DNA from: the human T2T-CHM13v2.0 reference genome, Homo sapiens
Assembly: GCF_009914755.1 (NCBI RefSeq)
Contig: NC_060938.1
Strand: one strand, 5' to 3'
Length of the DNA: 64,000 bases
Shown: positions 57,001 through 64,000 of the stretch, piece after piece
Layout: each line of letters starts with the position of its first letter
Position numbering within the stretch: the first letter of the stretch is position 1
Translations under genes and position numbers: made by a program
The notes under the pieces: model-generated
Told to the model about the DNA's origin: nothing
What the model saw: the letters and a program-made list of their open reading frames with translations, nothing else
Databases searched by the model: none

Positions 57001-57789
57001 GAAGCAAAGTTAAGTAAAATGCAAAAGTAATAAAATGAATAAGTGAATAAAAAGTATAATATAGTATCTCTTCATTTTTTTCCAAATGAAATTTAGAATT
57101 ATTTTGTTGCATTCTATTGAAAAATATCTGTAGGCATTTTGATTGGCGTTGAATTGTCCATAAATTAATTTTGAGAGAGCCAATATCTTTACGATTTTAT
57201 GTCTTCTCACTCAAGAACACTGGTTTTGGTTTTTGTTTTTGAGTTGGAGTCTTGCTCTGTTGCCTGGGCTGGAGTGCAGTGGACGATCTTGGCTCCCTAC
57301 AACCTCTGCCTCCTGGGTTCAAGAGATTCTCCTGCCTCAGCCTCCTGAGTAGCTGAGATTACGGGCATGCACCATCACACCTGGCTAATTTTTGTATTTT
57401 TAGTAGAGACGGGGTTTCGCCATGTTGGCCAGGCTGGTCTCGAACCCCTGAACTCAAGTGATCTGTCTGCCTTGGGCTCCCAAACTGTTGGGATTACAGG
57501 CGTGAGCCACTGCTTTTGGCCAGGAACACTGTTTAGATTTTAACTTATTAAAATCTTCCTTCATATCTTTCAATAACATTTTGAAGTTGTCTTTATATAG
57601 ATTGTACACATCTTTCAGGATATTAATTTTGGTATTTCATTTTTAAAATCATGAATGCAATCTCTGTTTTTATATGATTACTAAATAGAACAGTAATTTT
57701 TATTAAGTAAGTCAAAAATGTTCTGAAACATGTCAGTCATTTTATAGGCAGAATCAATTTTTTTAATTTTTATTTTTTATTTTTTACAG

Positions 57790-57803
57790 GCATGATCAAC
57801 CAG
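57790..57803 (+). CDS. C14orf178: C14orf178 14-nt microexon
   Basis: Long T-tract, tttttacag|GCATGATCAACCAG|gtacag; (W)HDQP. The phases join both flanking exons. Confidence 0.65.
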
Positions 57804-58552
57804 GTACAGAATCAGTTTTTTGGCTGTAGATGATTTAAGAGTTAGGGTCAACTTGTCTTTGGTGAGATGTGCTCCTCTATCTTCTTCTGGAATTAAGCAG
57901 TTCTTTGGGTTGATGAGTAGGAAAGCAGTTTTGCTGTCAGCTACTTCCCTCCATGAGTTCTGAGACTTCCTGTTTAAAAGCACTACGAAACCTGCTGACC
58001 CCACTTCTTTCCCGATTTAATTATTCTTTTTGAAAGTTGGCTCTAACCTTAAGGGTTGTGAAAACACAAGGATCCAGTGTGGTTGAAGCTTTAGAACTAA
58101 GAAAACCATTCCTTTTTCTATCAAACAGCCTGGCAGGGGAACAGTTTGCCCCTTGCCCTGAGCCCTGTCATTTGTTTTGATCATTTTCATTCCTATCAAA
58201 TGTGCTGTTGGCCCAGAAGGCAGCCATCTGATAGCTGAAGTGACTGCCTACATTTCTTCCCTCTCTTCTCCAGTAACAAGATATTCCACCAGAATATGCC
58301 TGTTTGTAGGCTAAGGCTGTGATTTAATAACCCTAAGGAGATAAACACTGGGATAATAATAATGGTTATTATTTATTGATTAGCTTCTTATGCCAATTTA
58401 TCCCACTTATTCCTTGTAACAGCCCTGTGAGTAGTTAACTCTTTTTATCCACACTTTACAGATAAGAAAATGGAGGCTTAGATATGTAAGCTGCCCAAGA
58501 TGACAAATAGAAAGTGACTAATCTGGAACTTAAACCCAGAGAACATGATCTT

Positions 58553-58851
58553 TCTTTTTTTTTTTTTTGAGACAGGGTCTCACTCTATCGCCCAGGCTGG
58601 GGTGCAGGGGTGCAATCACGGCTCATTGCAGCCTTGACTTCCTGGGCTCAGTCTATCCTCCTGCCTCAGCCTCTCAGGTAGCTGGGACTACAGGCGAGGC
58701 CCACCACGCCCAGCTAATTTTCTTATTTTTTGCAGAGATGGGGTCCCACTATTTTGCCCAGGCTGGTCTTGAACTGCTGGGCTCAAGCAATCCTCCTGCC
58801 TCAGCCTCCCAAAGTGCTGGGATTACAGGTGTGAGCCACTGTGCCCGGCCC
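58553..58851 (-). repeat. AluJ-like element supplying the C14orf178 3' splice site
   Basis: Alu consensus; TSD GAGAACATGATCTT at 58539-58552 and 58853-58866. Confidence 0.9.
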
Positions 58852-59016
58852 GGAGAACATGATCTTAACCATACTGTCTTCCAAGTGAAAGATTCTACCT
58901 TTCTAAGACATCTGGAGTCAGACAGACCTGAGTTCAAGTCGTGCCTTCCTCCCCACTTTACTGAACCTTCAGTGAGTCTTTCTACCTCAGAAGGCTGTGA
59001 GGATGCCATGGGGTAA
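58736..59016 (+). CDS. C14orf178: C14orf178 last exon (exonised antisense Alu + MIR)
   Basis: tttttgcag|AG ATG GGG TCC...; [49 protein letters not shown]...EGCEDAMG*. 74+14+281 = 369 nt = 122 aa. Confidence 0.65.
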
Positions 59017-59058
59017 TGAATGTAAAGTGTTTAAGTGCTTGGCTGACACTGAGTACTA

Positions 59059-59064
59059 AATAAA
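59059..59064 (+). terminator. C14orf178: C14orf178 poly(A) signal AATAAA (in MIR 3' end)
   Basis: AATAAA 42 nt after the TAA stop. Confidence 0.6.
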
Positions 59065-59253
59065 TATCAATTTATTCTTCAAAAGTGTATAAAAATGTAT
59101 CAAGTCCTTTCTCTGTACTAAACCCTGTACTAATTTGGGGGAATTCAAAGTTAAAGTCTGTATAGTCTTGCCCTAAAAACTAATGGGCTGGGACGGGCAC
59201 AGTGCTTCACACCTGTAATCCCAGCACTTTGGGAGGCTGAGGTGGGCAGATCA

Positions 59254-59601
<348 letters not shown>

Positions 59602-59736
59602 TTAAAAGTTGGGAGATTTTGGCCGGGCATGGTCGCTCACACCTCTAATCCTAGCACTTTGGGAGGCCGAGGCCAGTGGATCACTTGAGGTCAGGAGTTC
59701 GAGACCAGCGTGGGCAACATGGTGAAGCCCCATCTA

Positions 59737-59967
<231 letters not shown>

Positions 59968-60769
59968 CTACCCAGACACCTTCTCAAGGGGGATGGTGTC
60001 TCTGGCGATCTCATCACTGGCAGAGGAAGGATAACTGAACCCAGTCAATGGCCAAGCCTCCATATATTAGTGGCACTCACATCTCTAGACTCTTCTTGGC
60101 TCACCAGACATACATGTACCTTGGGGACCACCCTTCAAAATGCCATCAACACAGGCTCCTAAAGTAGGACATTTTACACCCATCACCCAGTTATGTACCA
60201 ACAATAACATAGGGCTATTCCTTCAGATGAAGAGCTGAGAATATGTTAGTTTTAAAATAGAAGTCAGAGTCAGTGTGGCAGGTGGAATTTACAGCCTGTG
60301 TACAAAAAAAACCACACTTAAATGCCTGTTTCTAACAAAGACCAACTAAAAATTCCTCCCAGGGCAATAAAGAGAAGCCTCCATAGGTGAGAGTGTTTCT
60401 CTGGAGGGAATCTAGAAAAGTTGAGGGAGAATGAGTCTAGCTCCTTCCAACAGGAGGATAGAAACCTATCTAAATGGGCAGGGCCAGACTGAGTTCATAG
60501 GAAAAATAATTTCCTTCATAGTGGGTAGATTCTAAGACCCCCACCCCAATTTTTTTTGAGGATATCTCACAAAGGATAGAGCAGGCCTGGGTCTGACAGG
60601 TGGGACTGACTTAAGCCTATCCTTGCTCACAAACAGAAGCCCATTCCCACCAGCGATCTGAGAGATTTGGCAGAGGCTGGGTGAAGGTTGAGGATGAAAG
60701 GGACTTTACTTGTGGAGTTCAAGGTTAAATCCAATCTACAGTCATGAACTCTGCTCCAAACCACAATAC

Positions 60770-62534
<1,765 letters not shown>

Positions 62535-62543
62535 CTACCCCTA

Positions 62544-62777
<234 letters not shown>

Positions 62778-63308
62778 TTACTTAATTTCTTTAAAATGTT
62801 TAATAGTCTGTTAATTAATTTATAAAATTATTATTATTAGTATTTGAGACAGAGTCTCACTCTATTGCCAGGCTGGAGCACAGTGGTGTGATCTTGGCTC
62901 ACTGCAACCTCTGCCTCCTGGGTTCAAGTGATTCTCATGCCTTAGCCTCCTGAATAGCTGGGATTACAGGCATGCACCACAATGCCCGGCTAATTTTTGT
63001 GTTTTTAGCAGAGATGGGGTTTCATCATGTTGGCCAGGCTGGTCTCGAACTCCTGTCCTCAAGTGATCTGCCTGCCTCAGTCTCCAAAAGTGCTGGGATT
63101 ACAGGAATGAGCCACAGTGCCTGGCCAAAAAAATTTTTTTTTCTTTTTTTTTTTTTCAGAGACAGGGTCTCACTGTGTAACCCAGGCTAAAGTGCAGTGA
63201 CACCATCATGACTCACTGCAGCCTCGATTTCTTGGGCTCAAGTGATCCTCCCACCTCAGCCTCCTAGATAACTGGGACCACAGGCACGTACCACCATGCC
63301 CAGCTAGG

Positions 63309-63670
63309 TGTATTAGTCTGTTCTCATGCTGCTAATAAAGACATATCCGAGACTGGGTCATTTATAAAGGAAAGAGGTTTAATGGACTCACAGTTCCACA
63401 TGGCTGGTGAGACCTCACAATCATGGTGGAAGGTGAATGAGGCACAAAGTCACGTCTTACATGGTGGCAGGCAAGAGTGTGTCCAGGGGAATTCCCGTTT
63501 ATAAAACCATCAGAGCTTGTGAAACTTATTTACTATCATGAGAACAGCAGAGGAAAGAACTGCCCCCATGATTCAATTACCTCCCACGGGGTCCCTCCCA
63601 TGACATGTGGGAATTATGGGAGCTACAATTCAAGATGAGATTTGGGTGAGGACACAGCCAAACCATATCA
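63309..63670 (-). mobile_element. THE1 (MaLR) solo LTR inserted inside an Alu
   Basis: TGTATTAGTCTGTTCTCA...CAGCCAAACCATATCA, with 5-bp TSD CTAGG (63304-63308, 63671-63675). Confidence 0.9.
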
Positions 63671-63674
63671 CTAG

Positions 63675-63845
<171 letters not shown>

Positions 63846-64000
63846 TAGAGTCTTGTTCTGTCACCCAGGCTGGAGTGCAGTGGTGCGACTCAGCTCACTG
63901 GAACCTCCGCCTCCTGGGTTCAAGCGATTCTCCTGCCTCAGCCTCCAGAGTAAGCTGGGATTACAGGCACCCGCCACTGCACCTGGCTCATTTTTGTATT

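Noticed and set aside
57777-58199. Non-repeat minus-strand ORFs of 75 and 60 aa
   Set aside because: No recognisable domain, splice structure or processed-pseudogene hallmarks.

Overview
Human (hominid) genomic DNA, recognisable as the SLIRP/SNW1/C14orf178 locus (chr14q24.3, placed from gene identity). The + strand carries SLIRP exons 2-4 (193-6896). The - strand carries the complete SNW1 (SKIP/Prp45) gene: 14 coding exons from 50475 down to 7423, all introns GT-AG, summing to 1611 nt = 536 aa. SLIRP and SNW1 end tail-to-tail with poly(A) signals 32 nt apart. SNW1 has a CpG-island promoter with ZNF143, NRF1, YY1 and ETS motifs. This region overlaps head-to-head with a 122-codon + strand ORF (C14orf178) assembled from a promoter-proximal exon, a 14-nt microexon and an Alu+MIR-derived last exon. 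Introns are dense in Alu, L1M, L2, MIR and LTR relics, and include one SVA with a 17-bp TSD. Nearly all ORFs in the supplied track are Alu/L1/SVA artefacts. No wholly new multi-gene system is supported. The best leads are: (i) two interlocked opposite-strand splice donors at 50456-50470; (ii) a 53-nt non-Alu hairpin RNA apparently retroposed with A-tail and TSD at 47729-47809; (iii) an Alu-Alu junction copied about 6 kb away (27281-27520 to 33423-33660); (iv) the convergent poly(A) site; (v) an NMD-escaping frame-switch isoform of SNW1. Exon boundaries were counted by hand. Repeat boundaries and subfamily calls are approximate and from memory of consensus sequences.
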